Positions 17,895 through 27,555 are shown, counted from the first letter of the stretch. The stretch: DNA of 43,401 nucleotides from an uncultured Collinsella sp. (GCA_958441355.1 CAUCCR010000001.1:1-43401); one strand, 5' to 3'. A program made the numbers and translations. Notes: generated from the sequence alone by a model not told the origin.

Positions 17895-18776
17895 ATGGAA
17901 TACGCTCTCTCCAACGATTCGATTTCTATCAAGGTCTCCACGGCCGGCGGCTCGTTTACCTCGATTGAGGCTGGAGGTCGCGAGTACTTGTGGCAGGGCG
18001 ATCCCGCCGTGTGGTCCGGCCAGGCACCGATTTGCTTCCCGATTTGCGGAGGTTTGCGCGATAACAGCGCCATGACGTTTGCCGGACATCATGTGAAGCT
18101 CGCCCGCCACGGCTTTGCGCGCAAGCAGGAGTGGAAGCTGTTGAGCCAAAGCGCAAACGAGCTGGCTATGTGCCTGGCATCCGAGGATAACGCCGCGCTG
18201 CTGAGCGATTATCCGTATCCGTTTAAACTTGTCGCCCGCTATACGCTCGAGGACGCCGCCGTGCGTGTCTCCTATGAGGTTACCAACGAGGGCACCGAGG
18301 ACATGCCTTTCTTTATCGGTGGACACCCCGGCTTTAGGTGTCCGCTCGACGAGGGCGAGTCCTATACGGACTACGAGTTGCGTTTTGAGAAAGACGAGGC
18401 TGCGGAGCTCTGCACCGCCGTTCCCTCGACCGGATTGATTGATGTGGACAGGCGCTCCAAGAACCCCATGGTGGGAAAGACGCTGCCTTTGTCGCATGAG
18501 CTCTTCGATTTTGCGGAGACCATCTTTGACGTGCTCGAGAGCCGTCAGGTCACGCTTTCCAAGAAGGGCGAGGACAAGGGCGTTCGCCTGAGCTTTGAGG
18601 GCTTCCCGTACCTCATTGTGTGGAGCAAGCCCGAGGGTGATTTTGTGGCAGTTGAGCCCTGGGGCGGCCTCTCGACCTGTTCCGATGAGGATGACGTGCT
18701 TGAGCACAAGCGCGGCTGCCTTATCGCCAAGCCCAAAGAAACCATCGTGCGCTCGTTCACAATCGAGATTCTGTAG
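17895..18776 (+). CDS. lacX: Aldose 1-epimerase family protein (LacX-like)
   Basis: EYLWQGDP..W...APICFP, RHGFAR, YPYPF.L, GGHPGF, FVAVEPW. Confidence 0.88.
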   Translation: MEYALSNDSISIKVSTAGGSFTSIEAGGREYLWQGDPAVWSGQAPICFPICGGLRDNSAMTFAGHHVKLARHGFARKQEWKLLSQSANELAMCLASEDNAALLSDYPYPFKLVARYTLEDAAVRVSYEVTNEGTEDMPFFIGGHPGFRCPLDEGESYTDYELRFEKDEAAELCTAVPSTGLIDVDRRSKNPMVGKTLPLSHELFDFAETIFDVLESRQVTLSKKGEDKGVRLSFEGFPYLIVWSKPEGDFVAVEPWGGLSTCSDEDDVLEHKRGCLIAKPKETIVRSFTIEIL

Positions 18777-18835
18777 TCGCATGTAGCCAATTCGTTTTGC
18801 AAGGCATAAGGAGCCTGCGAGATAAGGAGCTAGAA

Positions 18836-19771
18836 ATGATCCTCACCGTTACGATGAACCCGTCCGTCGATACGCGCTATCAGCTCGATGAGCTCATTAT
18901 CGACGACGTCAACCGCGTGACGCCCGAAAAGACCGCCGGCGGTAAGGGCCTCAACGTGGCCCGCGTCCTGGGCCAGCTGGGCGACGATGTCGTGGCAACC
19001 GGCTTGCTTGGTGGTCATATGGGCGCCTATATGGCCGAGCTCATGGATGCTAACGGCATTAAGAATGATTTTGTGCCCATCAAGGGCGAGACTCGCATCT
19101 GTCTCAATATCCTTCATGCTGGCAACCAGACCGAGTTGCTCGAGAGCGGCCCGACGATTGCCCCCGAGGAACTCGATGCCTTTACCGCCAAGTTCGCCGA
19201 GCTTGCGAGCAAGGCCGATGTCGTTACCATCTCGGGTTCGCTGCCCCGCGGCGTCGAGGCGGACTACTACGCCAAGATCACGGGCATTGCAGAGAACGCC
19301 GGCGCCAAGGTGCTGCTCGATACCTCGGGCGCCTCGCTCGAGGCTGCGCTCAAGTCCGAGGTCAAGCCTGAGCTGGTTAAGCCTAACCTGACCGAAATTA
19401 ACGGCCTTCTGGGCACGAGCTTTACCACCGACGATGTGGACGAGCTCCGTTCCGCGCTTGCCTCTGACGCTCGCTTCTCCGATATCCCTTGGGTCGTCGT
19501 GTCCATGGGCGCTGCCGGTTCCGTTGGCTTCCACAATGGCCGTGCGTTCCGCGCAAAGACGCCCGATATCCCTGCCGTTAACGCCACGGGCTCTGGTGAT
19601 TCGACCATTGCCGGCTTCGCACATGCGATTGCTGCCGGAGCCGACGACGAGACGGTGCTGCGTACCGCCAACACCTGCGGCAAGCTCAATGCCATGGATC
19701 CCATGACTGGCCACTTGGTTATGGATCGTTGGGACGAGGTTTACAACGGCGTTGTCGTGACCGAGCTGTAG
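18836..19771 (+). CDS. lacC: Tagatose-6-phosphate kinase (PfkB/1-phosphofructokinase family), copy 1
   Basis: MILTVTMNPSVD, AGGKGLNVARV, SGSLP, KPNLTE, NATGSGDSTIAG. Confidence 0.9.
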   Translation: MILTVTMNPSVDTRYQLDELIIDDVNRVTPEKTAGGKGLNVARVLGQLGDDVVATGLLGGHMGAYMAELMDANGIKNDFVPIKGETRICLNILHAGNQTELLESGPTIAPEELDAFTAKFAELASKADVVTISGSLPRGVEADYYAKITGIAENAGAKVLLDTSGASLEAALKSEVKPELVKPNLTEINGLLGTSFTTDDVDELRSALASDARFSDIPWVVVSMGAAGSVGFHNGRAFRAKTPDIPAVNATGSGDSTIAGFAHAIAAGADDETVLRTANTCGKLNAMDPMTGHLVMDRWDEVYNGVVVTEL

Positions 19772-19820
19772 GAGCTTGTGCAGCGGCCTCGGCATCGGTT
19801 GTTTGCTTGTGGTTGGAGCC

Positions 19821-19943
19821 GACGACAAGTGCAGTAGCATTATGCCGGGGCGCGACGCCGACACTGTCGTGTTCAATCCCGACCTTACCCTGGTCGAGAC
19901 GCATGTGGGTGGCAACAGCGTCGGTAATGCGTTTGCCGTGTAG
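19821..19943 (+). pseudogene. Remnant of a second nagA, C-terminal 40 codons only
   Basis: Translates DDKCSSIMPGRDADTVVFNPDLTLVETHVGGNSVGNAFAV* versus intact nagA EDKCGSIMPGRDADFVVFDHELTLVETYVGGQSVGNAFTD*. Confidence 0.85.
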
Positions 19944-19975
19944 CCGCCAAAGAAACGATCCGAGAGGGGATTTAG

Positions 19976-20449
19976 ATGATTTACGGTGCATTGGGCGATA
20001 TCGAGGAGTACCGTGGAATGCTCAAGGGCCTCGACGTGCTGATCGATTGGCTCGAGGAGAACGATCCGGCGAAGCTCGAGGTCGGCAGCCATCCGATTCT
20101 GGGCGACAAGGTCTTTGCGAACGTCATGGCTCCCACGACGCGTCCCGAAGCCGAGGCTCACTATGAGACGCATCAGCGCTATCACGACCTGCAGATCGAC
20201 GTCGAGGGTCGCGAGGCCTTTAAGGTTGCCACGGGCAGCCTGACGCTGGTTCAGGAGTTTGACGAGAAGGACGACTACGATCTGGTCGATTCCGACGCCT
20301 CGATCGCCGGCGATCTTGCTGACGACAAGTTTGCGCTGTTTGTTGCCGGCGAGCCTCACATGCCCACGCTCGAGTTCCCGGGCGATGGCGCGCAGCCGGT
20401 CAAGAAGATCTGCTTTAAGCTGCTTGCAGATGCTTACTGGGAGGAGTAG
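19976..20449 (+). CDS. YhcH/YjgK/YiaL family protein
   Basis: G.KVFANV, YETHQRYHDLQ..VEGRE, FALFVAGEPHMP, VKKICFK. Confidence 0.88.
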   Translation: MIYGALGDIEEYRGMLKGLDVLIDWLEENDPAKLEVGSHPILGDKVFANVMAPTTRPEAEAHYETHQRYHDLQIDVEGREAFKVATGSLTLVQEFDEKDDYDLVDSDASIAGDLADDKFALFVAGEPHMPTLEFPGDGAQPVKKICFKLLADAYWEE

Positions 20450-20622
20450 CGCGCTGCTCGGCTGAGCTGTTCGTTTTGCGAGCGTTATCCCTTGGAGGAA
20501 CGCGCTTGGGCCCCGCTGATCGCGGTTCCTTTGGGGATTGCGGTTGGCGGGGCTTTTGTTGAGTAGGAGAGTTTCCGGCGGCGTTGTGCTTGGATTGGCG
20601 GATGCGCGCCCGAAATCGACAA

Positions 20623-20647
20623 CAAAAAAGCCGCCCGAAGGCGGCTG
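20623..20647 (-). terminator. tRNA terminator
   Basis: Minus strand AGCCGCC-TTCG-GGCGGCT followed by TTTTT. Confidence 0.85.
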
Positions 20648-20657
20648 TCTTGTGCAA

Positions 20658-20733
20658 TGGAGCCAGCGACCGGGCTCGAACCGGTGACCCCCGCTTTACG
20701 AGAGCGGTGCTCTACCAACTGAGCTACGCTGGC
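20658..20733 (-). tRNA. tRNA-Thr(CGU)
   Basis: 76-nt cloverleaf GCCAGCGTAGCTCAGTTGGTAGAGCACCGCT-CTCGTAA-AGCGGGGGTCACCGGTTCGAGCCCGGTCGCTGGCTCCA; upstream TTGCGC-17-TATCAT promoter on the minus strand. Confidence 0.97.
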
Positions 20734-20940
20734 GGCCATGTGATGACGCAACTGAGGCGTCAACGGCTGTCTATGATACGGGACATCGCATATCCGCGCA
20801 AGTGTTCTGACGGCTTTTCTCACTTTAAATGCACTAATATTGGAAGCGTGATGTCTGCGGTACCCATTTGGTGCTTGACCTGCTGTTGAGTTGGTGGCCG
20901 ACGTCCCGCTCGTATGGGTCTCAAACAGAATGGGGCAGCC

Positions 20941-21423
20941 ATGGCTCAACCCAAGATTCTTCTCGCACGCATCGACGACCGTTTCATTTACGGACAAGAC
21001 GTTGAGCTGTGGAACGAAGCCGTGGGTTCCAACCTTGTCCTAATCGTCAACGATGAGATCGCGGCAGATTCGCGCCAATGGGCACCCATGAGGGTGGCGG
21101 CGCCAGAAGGCGTTTGGACGCGGTTTTTCTCGGTGCAAAGGACCATCGACGTCATTCATACCGCAACGCCTCGCCAATTGATTCTGATCATGGTGGCCTC
21201 ACCCTCCGATGCGCTCGCGCTGGTTAAGGGCGGTGTGCCGATCACCAAGATCAGCATTGGTCATATGCAGGCAGGGGAGGGCAAGCGTCCCGCAACGCCC
21301 GCAGTTGCCGTAGACGACACAGACGTCGCTGTTCTCAGAGAGCTGCAAAAGCTCGGCATAGAACTAGAAATCCGCTATCTCCCCAGTTCCGCCCCCGACC
21401 CCATCGGCAATCTGTTCAACTGA
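20941..21423 (+). CDS. Orphan PTS mannose-family EIIB paralog lacking the phospho-His
   Basis: Colinear with 11148-11630 but RIDDRFIYGQD replaces RIDNRLVHGQV. Confidence 0.8.
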   Translation: MAQPKILLARIDDRFIYGQDVELWNEAVGSNLVLIVNDEIAADSRQWAPMRVAAPEGVWTRFFSVQRTIDVIHTATPRQLILIMVASPSDALALVKGGVPITKISIGHMQAGEGKRPATPAVAVDDTDVAVLRELQKLGIELEIRYLPSSAPDPIGNLFN

Positions 21424-21488
21424 TCCCTTGGGGACGGAGGAAAACGGATCATTTTGCCTTCGTAGGGGATCTGTGTGGCGCTGTCCGC

Positions 21489-21642
21489 CAAAACTATGCC
21501 GGTTTACTACGATGAATTGCTTATCGCCGAGCATGCCAAATTTGCAGAGAATAAAACCGCAGGTAGACGAGTTGCTAATTTTTTATAAACCAGCGCGTGG
21601 TCGGACATAGTGGGTTCATCGTAGTAATTCGGCATAGTTTTG
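21489..21642. repeat. 154-bp inverted-repeat element, copy 1
   Basis: Arms CAAAACTATGCCGGTTTACTACGATGAA / TTCATCGTAGTAATTCGGCATAGTTTTG (26/28); central CCGCAGGTAGA. Confidence 0.85.
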
Positions 21643-21749
21643 TTATGTCACCAATTCGGTGGCATCGAAAAGAAGGATTTAGGCATGAAGCCGCGCCCGT
21701 TGGCGGTGGTGCCGGCGGGCGTTGCTGTGCGAGATGTCGCGTTGTGGGC

Positions 21750-22802
21750 CTAGTTCCTCATAAAGTGGTATTCGATCATATTGCTGTAGGGGTGACCCGG
21801 ACCCACAATGCCCTGCGGGAACAGCGGCTGGTGCGGCGTGTCGGGGTACATCTCGGCCTCGAGGGCAAAGCCGGCGCCCCAGCCATAGTTGGCATCGTCC
21901 TTGGCGTGCTCGTCGCCCAGCCAGTTGCCGGTGTAGAGTTGCACGCCCGGGGCGGTGGTGTAGTAGTCCAGCTCACGACCGGTCCACATCTCCTCGACAT
22001 GTAGGGCGCGACGCAGGTTGCGGCCGTACTGATAGCCATCGATGCACAGGCAGTGATCGTAGCCACGGGCCTGCTTAATCTGCGGGTCGTCGGCCTCCAT
22101 GCCGGGTGCGACGGGGCGCAGCTCGCGAAAGTCAAACGGTGTTCCCTCGACCGGAGCGATTTCGCCGGTGGGGATGTTCTGCTCGTTAATGGGCAAGTAG
22201 TGGGCAGCGTTGGCGATAAAGAAGTGCTCACAGTCCATGCCGGCGTTATGGCCGGCAAGGTTAAAGTACGTGTGGTTGGTCATGGACACGTAGGTGGCGC
22301 GGTCGCTCTCGCAACCATACTCGATGCGAAAGACGCCGGTGCGCGTAACGGTAAACACAGCCGTAAAGATTCGGTTGCCGGGCAGGCCCAGCTCGCCATC
22401 CTTAAGCGAGGTGGTCATGCGCACGGCGTTGTGAGTCTCGTCGAGCTCAACGTCCCATACGCGCTTGTGCAGACCATGCTCAAGATCGCTGTGCAGGTTG
22501 TTGACGCCTTCGTTGGCCGGCATATGCCAGTCCGTGCCGTCGATGGTGATCGTGGCGCCCGCGGTGCGGTTTGCCACGGGGCCGATGGTCGCGCCAAAGC
22601 AGGCGGGGTTGTCAAAGTAATCCTCGAGCTTATCGAAGCCCAGCACCACATCGCGCACGTTGCCGGGAATGTCGGGAACATCGATACCCAGCACGGTGGC
22701 GCCATAGTCCATAATGCGAACGCAGATCTCGGGCCCGTTGAGGGTGTAACGATGAACGGGGGTACCGCACGGCGCGGTGCCGAAAAGCTCGGAAGTGATC
22801 AT
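21750..22802 (-). CDS. galM: Aldose 1-epimerase (galactose mutarotase)
   Basis: DVVLGFD, FGATIGPVANR, NNLH, TNHTYFNLAG, GYDH, PGVQLYTGN, FALE. Confidence 0.93.
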   Translation of the reverse strand: MITSELFGTAPCGTPVHRYTLNGPEICVRIMDYGATVLGIDVPDIPGNVRDVVLGFDKLEDYFDNPACFGATIGPVANRTAGATITIDGTDWHMPANEGVNNLHSDLEHGLHKRVWDVELDETHNAVRMTTSLKDGELGLPGNRIFTAVFTVTRTGVFRIEYGCESDRATYVSMTNHTYFNLAGHNAGMDCEHFFIANAAHYLPINEQNIPTGEIAPVEGTPFDFRELRPVAPGMEADDPQIKQARGYDHCLCIDGYQYGRNLRRALHVEEMWTGRELDYYTTAPGVQLYTGNWLGDEHAKDDANYGWGAGFALEAEMYPDTPHQPLFPQGIVGPGHPYSNMIEYHFMRN

Positions 22803-22947
22803 TTGGTTCCTAACATCGAGGTATTTCCAACAAACTGTAGCGCGAACAGGTGAGATTATCACTACACCCCACTAAAGCAGGGGGCATTTTTCTCAAAAAA
22901 GTGATGATTGGAGCTGTGCTGGCGTTGATTTTTGACGCGCACGAGTC

Positions 22948-22977
22948 TGATACAATTTGTTCGTTACTGTTTGAATG
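22948..22977 (+). promoter_or_regulatory. Extended -10 promoter and putative DeoR/LacR operator
   Basis: TGATACAAT followed by TGTTC-N5-TGTTTGAATG, also seen before lacF and lacA. Confidence 0.5.
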
Positions 22978-23008
22978 ATATGTGCGCAAAGAACGGCGAG
23001 GATTCATC

Positions 23009-23773
23009 GTGATTAAGGCGGAGCGACAGGATAAGGTTCGTCAGCTGCTCGAGGAACAGGGCACGGTCTCGGTCAAGGAGATCTCGGACGCACTGGGCGT
23101 CTCGGATATGACGATCCGCCGCGATCTTGAGGAGCTTGCGAGCCTAGGTGAGATTGAGCGCGTGCACGGTGGAGCCCGTAGCGCGCAGGGCCGTCCACAT
23201 GCTATGTTGCGCCACGAGTATTCGCACAGCGAAAAGCGTACCAAGCATGCCGAGGAAAAGCTGCAGATCGCGCGCCGCGCCGTTGAGCTCATCGAGGAGG
23301 GCTCGACCATCTTTTTGGGTACGGGCACCACGGTTGAGCAGATGGCCTCGATGCTGCCGGCGTTTCGCCTGCGCATCGTGACCAATTCGCTTTCGGTGTT
23401 TAACTTGCTTGAGGCGCGCGAAGACTGCGACCTGTGCCTCGTGGGCGGCATGTACCGTCGCCGCACCGCCGCTTTTGTGGGACCAACGGCCGAGGATACC
23501 CTGCGTGCGTTGGGCATCGACGCGGCGTTTATCGGCGCCAACGGCATTCTGGATGGCGATGTGTCTACGTCCAATATGGACGAGGGCCGTATCCAGCAGC
23601 TCGCCTTTAGCAAGGCAGACTCGCGCTACTTGATCGCCGATTCAAGCAAGATCGGCAAGCGCGACTTCTACACCTTCTGCCGCCTGGACAGCTTGGACGC
23701 CGTGGTGTGCGAGCCGGGCATCGCCGCCGAGAATCGCGCCGCCATCGAGGAACACACGCAGGTCATCTGCTAG
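23009..23773 (+). CDS. lacR: DeoR family repressor (LacR-like)
   Basis: VSDMTIRRDLEEL, RVHGGA, IFLGTGTT, VTNSL, DSSKIG. Confidence 0.88.
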   Translation: MIKAERQDKVRQLLEEQGTVSVKEISDALGVSDMTIRRDLEELASLGEIERVHGGARSAQGRPHAMLRHEYSHSEKRTKHAEEKLQIARRAVELIEEGSTIFLGTGTTVEQMASMLPAFRLRIVTNSLSVFNLLEAREDCDLCLVGGMYRRRTAAFVGPTAEDTLRALGIDAAFIGANGILDGDVSTSNMDEGRIQQLAFSKADSRYLIADSSKIGKRDFYTFCRLDSLDAVVCEPGIAAENRAAIEEHTQVIC

Positions 23774-23890
23774 CTAACGCTATGGGATTGCCAACAGGCG
23801 ATGCGGGAGGACTTTTACCTCCTGTCATTGTGGGGAATCAACGCGTGAGCGCTACGCGATATGACGCGTAAATGAGGACTCCACTATCAA

Positions 23891-24190
23891 ATTGTCTCAA
23901 CCTGTGACAGGTAGGGGTGAAATCACCAACCAGATGTTACAGATTGGGGGGATTGTCCTGTGCATTTGTCTCAATCTGTAACAGCTAGGACCCAAAAACT
24001 CGGCTAGATGTTACAGATTGAGATTTTGTCTACCCAGCCATCATCTTTGTCTCGATCTGTAACAGTTAGACGGCCAAAAGCGAATCAGATGTTACAGATC
24101 TAGACATTTCGAACCGGGTGCCCCCGTTCATCTCAATCTGTAACAATTGGGGCCGAAAATCCCTGCTAGATGTTACAAATCGAGACAAAC
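23891..24190. repeat. Palindromic repeat array 1 (4 units)
   Basis: Units TCTCRATCTGTAACA-N25-TGTTACAGATTGAGA starting about 23891, 23965, 24046, 24127. Confidence 0.9.
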
Positions 24191-24214
24191 GGCCTGCTCG
24201 GGTCGAGCCAAAAC

Positions 24215-24256
24215 AAAAAAGCCGCATGCGAACCCGTGGAGGGATTCGCATGCGGC
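24215..24256 (-). terminator. Terminator of lacE1-lacG1
   Basis: AAAAAA-GCCGCATGCGAA..TTCGCATGCGGC on the plus strand. Confidence 0.75.
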
Positions 24257-24279
24257 CGACAGGGGGTATGCGGCAAAAG

Positions 24280-25701
24280 TTAGGCCATAAGCAGGCCGGT
24301 CTCCGCGACGTTCTTGTACCAGTACGCGCTCGCCTTGGGATAGCGCTTCTGGGTCTCAAAGTCGATGTAGAACAGGCCATAGCGCTTGTTGTAGCCGTTG
24401 GTCCAGGAGAACTGGTCCTGCAGCGACCACACGAAGTAACCGTCGACGTTCACGCCGCCGTCGATTGCCTTGAGGATCCATGCAAGATGCTGGCGCATAT
24501 AGTCGATGCGAGGGGCGTCGTCGATAAAGCCGTCCTCGAAGTCGTCCTTATAGCCCATGCCGTTCTCGGTGATGTAGATCTTCTTGTAGTTGGGGTAATC
24601 GTTCTTAATACGGAGCAGCAGATCGTACAGGCCCTCGGGATAGATGATCCAGTCCCAATCGGTGGTGGGTACGCCTTCGCGCACGCATGACTCGCCCACG
24701 CCCTTGAGGAACCAGCGCGAGGAGCCCTTGTCGCCGGTGCCATTGTGGTTGATGTCGTTTTCGCCCTCGGCGGCACGCAGGAACTGGCACTTGTAGGTGT
24801 TGACGCCCAGGCAATCGTTGTAGGGGAGCGCCGCGGTCAGCGCGGCGATGTCCTCGTCGCGGACGTCGAGCTCGCCGCCGGCGATATGGGCCAGCTTGGT
24901 CGCAGCTTCCATGGTGTCGGCTGCATAGTGGCCGCGGAAGGTGGCGTCGAGTACCCAGCGGTTGTTGATGACGTCGGCCATGCGAGCTGCCTCGCAGTCG
25001 GCAGCGCTGTTGGGATCGAGGGGATACTTGGGCTCCAGATTCTGGACAATGCCGATCTCGCCCTCAAAGCCGCCCTCATGGAAGGCGACGACAGCCTTGG
25101 CGTGGGCCACCATCATGTTGTGCATGAGCTGGAAGGCCTTGTCCAGGCGGTACTTCTCGCCGTGCGGCCAGTTGCCGACGATAAAGCTGCCCTCGGCGGT
25201 TGCGGGAATCTCGTTAAACGTGAACCAGTGCTTGACCTCGGTGAACTCGGCAAAGCAGAACTTGGCGTACTCGACGAAGGCGTCGATGGTCGTGCGCGTC
25301 AGGAAACCCTCGCCGCCGTTCTGGTAAAAGGCCTCGGGCGTATCGAAGTGATCGAGCGTGACATAGGGGATAACGCCGGCTTTATTGCAGGTGGCAAAGA
25401 GCTCGTGATAGAAGGCAACACCCTCGGGGTTGATCTCGCCAGTACCGTTGGGGAAGATGCGGCTCCAAGCGATGGAGACGCGGATACCGTTGATGCCGAA
25501 GCGCTGGCACAGGTCGATATCGACCGGGTACTTGTTGTAGAAATCGCTTGCGGGGTCGGGGGAGAAGCGACCCTGAGCTGCCAGGAAATCGTCCCAGGGT
25601 ACTTTGCCCTTGCCGTGCGTGCGGGTCTCGCCCTCAACCTGGTAAGCGGCGGTGGCGCCGCCAAACACAAAGCCGTCGGGGAACTGCATGGGGTTGGTCA
25701 T
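24280..25701 (-). CDS. lacG: 6-phospho-beta-galactosidase (GH1), paralog 1
   Basis: FGGATAAYQVEG, TFNE, ITENG, DQFSWTNGY (SW as in phospho-galactosidases). Confidence 0.92.
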   Translation of the reverse strand: MTNPMQFPDGFVFGGATAAYQVEGETRTHGKGKVPWDDFLAAQGRFSPDPASDFYNKYPVDIDLCQRFGINGIRVSIAWSRIFPNGTGEINPEGVAFYHELFATCNKAGVIPYVTLDHFDTPEAFYQNGGEGFLTRTTIDAFVEYAKFCFAEFTEVKHWFTFNEIPATAEGSFIVGNWPHGEKYRLDKAFQLMHNMMVAHAKAVVAFHEGGFEGEIGIVQNLEPKYPLDPNSAADCEAARMADVINNRWVLDATFRGHYAADTMEAATKLAHIAGGELDVRDEDIAALTAALPYNDCLGVNTYKCQFLRAAEGENDINHNGTGDKGSSRWFLKGVGESCVREGVPTTDWDWIIYPEGLYDLLLRIKNDYPNYKKIYITENGMGYKDDFEDGFIDDAPRIDYMRQHLAWILKAIDGGVNVDGYFVWSLQDQFSWTNGYNKRYGLFYIDFETQKRYPKASAYWYKNVAETGLLMA

Positions 25702-25776
25702 GAGTCATCCTTTCTGTGGGATACGAATAGGGAGAGGTGCCCGAACTGGGGATCCGGGCACCAACAGAGGGAGGAA

Positions 25777-27555
25777 CTAGTCGAGGTTCTCGCGGAGCCA
25801 CTTGATGGCGCCGGCGGGGTCGCGAGTAAGGTCGATATATTCCTTACCGCGCGGAGCGAGCAGCTTAATGCCCAGGCGATCGGTGTCGGCCTTCATGTCG
25901 TTGTAGTAGCTACGAACCTGCGGGGCGAGCACGATAACGTCGTACTGATCCATGATGGCAGTGTGCTGGCCATAGGCGCCTGCGGAGGAAGCGATGTTCT
26001 CTCCGGTCTGTGCGGCACCTTCCTTGATGGCGTTGGCAAGCATGGCAGAGGTGCCGGCGCCGGCGCACAGGACGAGGACCTTCAGGCCATCGACGTCCTT
26101 CTTAGCGGATACGTCGGCGGCGGGCTCGGGCTGATCGGCGACAGGCTTGCTGTCGGCGGCAGCGGCGGTCGGCTCGACGGAAGCGGTAGCCTGCTCGACA
26201 GCGGGCGCAGGGGCGTTGGCGGCGATGGAAGCGGCACCATCGGACTCAAGACCCAGCTCGGCGGCGCGCTCGGCCTCCTGGTCGCAGAGCAGCTTATCGT
26301 ATGCCTTCAAGAACGGCAGGTAAATGATGGCGTCCAGCAAGATGATAATCGCGACAAACACCAGGGCGATAAGCTGGAAGTTTGTGGTGATGAAGATGCC
26401 GATGGGGGCAGGGGTAGCCCAAGGCACCACGAAGGAGAAGCCGTTCATGCCCACGTTGTCGATAAAGAACTTGGCAACACTCACGTTGACGCAGCCGGCG
26501 GCAACAAAGGGGATGAGCATGTAGGGGTTAAGGATCATCGGCGCGCCAAAGAGCAGCGGTTCGTTGACGGCGAAGGCAACAGGAACAATCGAGGCCTTAC
26601 CGACGGCTTTGAGCTGCTTGGACTTCATAAAGAGAATCAGCAGAAGCGGCACGATGAACGTGGCGCCGGTGCCGCCGAACTCACCCACGAGCGACATGTT
26701 AAAGGTGAGGGAGTGGGCGGGGTGACCACCGGCCAGCAGAACCTGCAGGTTCTCGGCCTGGTTGGCAAGACGGATGGGGTCGATGCCCGGCTGGACGATC
26801 GAGGGGCCGTGGACGCCGATGAACCAGAAGAACGCGGTGGCTGCCTGAATAAGGATGAGTCCGGGGTAGGTCTCTGCTGCAGTGAAGAGCGGGGAGAGCA
26901 GCTTGATGAGCAGCTCGGAGAACGGAACGCCCATGAGGTTGCGCACGACGACATCGATGATGCCGCAGATAATGACGGCGCCGCCAAAGGGGATGATGTC
27001 GCGGAAGTTCTGAGCGATGGCGCCCGGGACCTCCTTGGGCAGCTTAATGGTCAGATCGCGCGAGACGCAGAACTTATAAACCCACACGGTAATGAACGCG
27101 GCGATATAGGCCGAGAACAGACCGCGCGTACCCATGCTGGTGCAATCGAAGACCGAAAGCTCGGAGCCGTCGAACTTGGTGGTGAACTGCGTAACAGCGA
27201 GCAGCAGCATGCTGCACTGGGCGGCCACCATGGTGGAACCGTCGTTGAGCACTTTGCCGGCGGGCATGCGACGGTTCATGGAAGCCGTGAAGTTCTTGGC
27301 AGTGGTGCCGGCAACCATGATGCCCATAACGCCCATGGTGAAGTTGTACAGCTTGTTGCACCAGTCGATAAGCGGCTGGGGCAGCGTGATGCCGACTACG
27401 CCGGGAAGGGTGGCGATCAGCAGGAAGATCGAAGAGGTGAGGACGATGGGCATGCACCCAAGGAATCCGTCCTTAATGGCCTGGAGGTAGATGTTCCTCG
27501 AGATCTTCTCAAAGAACGGTTGATGCTTTTCGAGCATCTTTACGATGGCGTCCAT
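25777..27555 (-). CDS. lacE: PTS lactose-family EIICB, paralog 1
   Basis: YLQAIKDGF, FWFIGVHGPSIV, GGTGAT, VNEPLLFGAP, IIB VLVLCAGAGTS. Confidence 0.93.
   Translation of the reverse strand: MDAIVKMLEKHQPFFEKISRNIYLQAIKDGFLGCMPIVLTSSIFLLIATLPGVVGITLPQPLIDWCNKLYNFTMGVMGIMVAGTTAKNFTASMNRRMPAGKVLNDGSTMVAAQCSMLLLAVTQFTTKFDGSELSVFDCTSMGTRGLFSAYIAAFITVWVYKFCVSRDLTIKLPKEVPGAIAQNFRDIIPFGGAVIICGIIDVVVRNLMGVPFSELLIKLLSPLFTAAETYPGLILIQAATAFFWFIGVHGPSIVQPGIDPIRLANQAENLQVLLAGGHPAHSLTFNMSLVGEFGGTGATFIVPLLLILFMKSKQLKAVGKASIVPVAFAVNEPLLFGAPMILNPYMLIPFVAAGCVNVSVAKFFIDNVGMNGFSFVVPWATPAPIGIFITTNFQLIALVFVAIIILLDAIIYLPFLKAYDKLLCDQEAERAAELGLESDGAASIAANAPAPAVEQATASVEPTAAAADSKPVADQPEPAADVSAKKDVDGLKVLVLCAGAGTSAMLANAIKEGAAQTGENIASSAGAYGQHTAIMDQYDVIVLAPQVRSYYNDMKADTDRLGIKLLAPRGKEYIDLTRDPAGAIKWLRENLD

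Noticed and set aside
17739..18782. 542-aa minus-strand fusion protein
   Set aside because: The upstream part is antisense to lacX; only the flavodoxin-like part from 17738 is credible
20658..20733. tRNA-Thr as integration site of a genomic island
   Set aside because: No integrase, and I found no duplicated tRNA 3' end elsewhere in the window
21428..21610. Small ORFs over the 154-bp elements (also 39548-39757) sharing KLCRFTTMN
   Set aside because: Peptide similarity is confined to the conserved DNA arms; TTG starts without a clear RBS, and stops differ between copies
23891..24190. Repeat arrays as CRISPR
   Set aside because: Units are degenerate inverted pairs, the 25-bp cores recur between arrays rather than being unique spacers, arrays are short, and no cas genes are present
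25340..25365. TLDHFD in lacG1 versus TLHHFD in lacG3 (SLHHFD in lacG2) as an inactivating change
   Set aside because: The conserved substrate-binding His (HFD) and both catalytic Glu residues are retained
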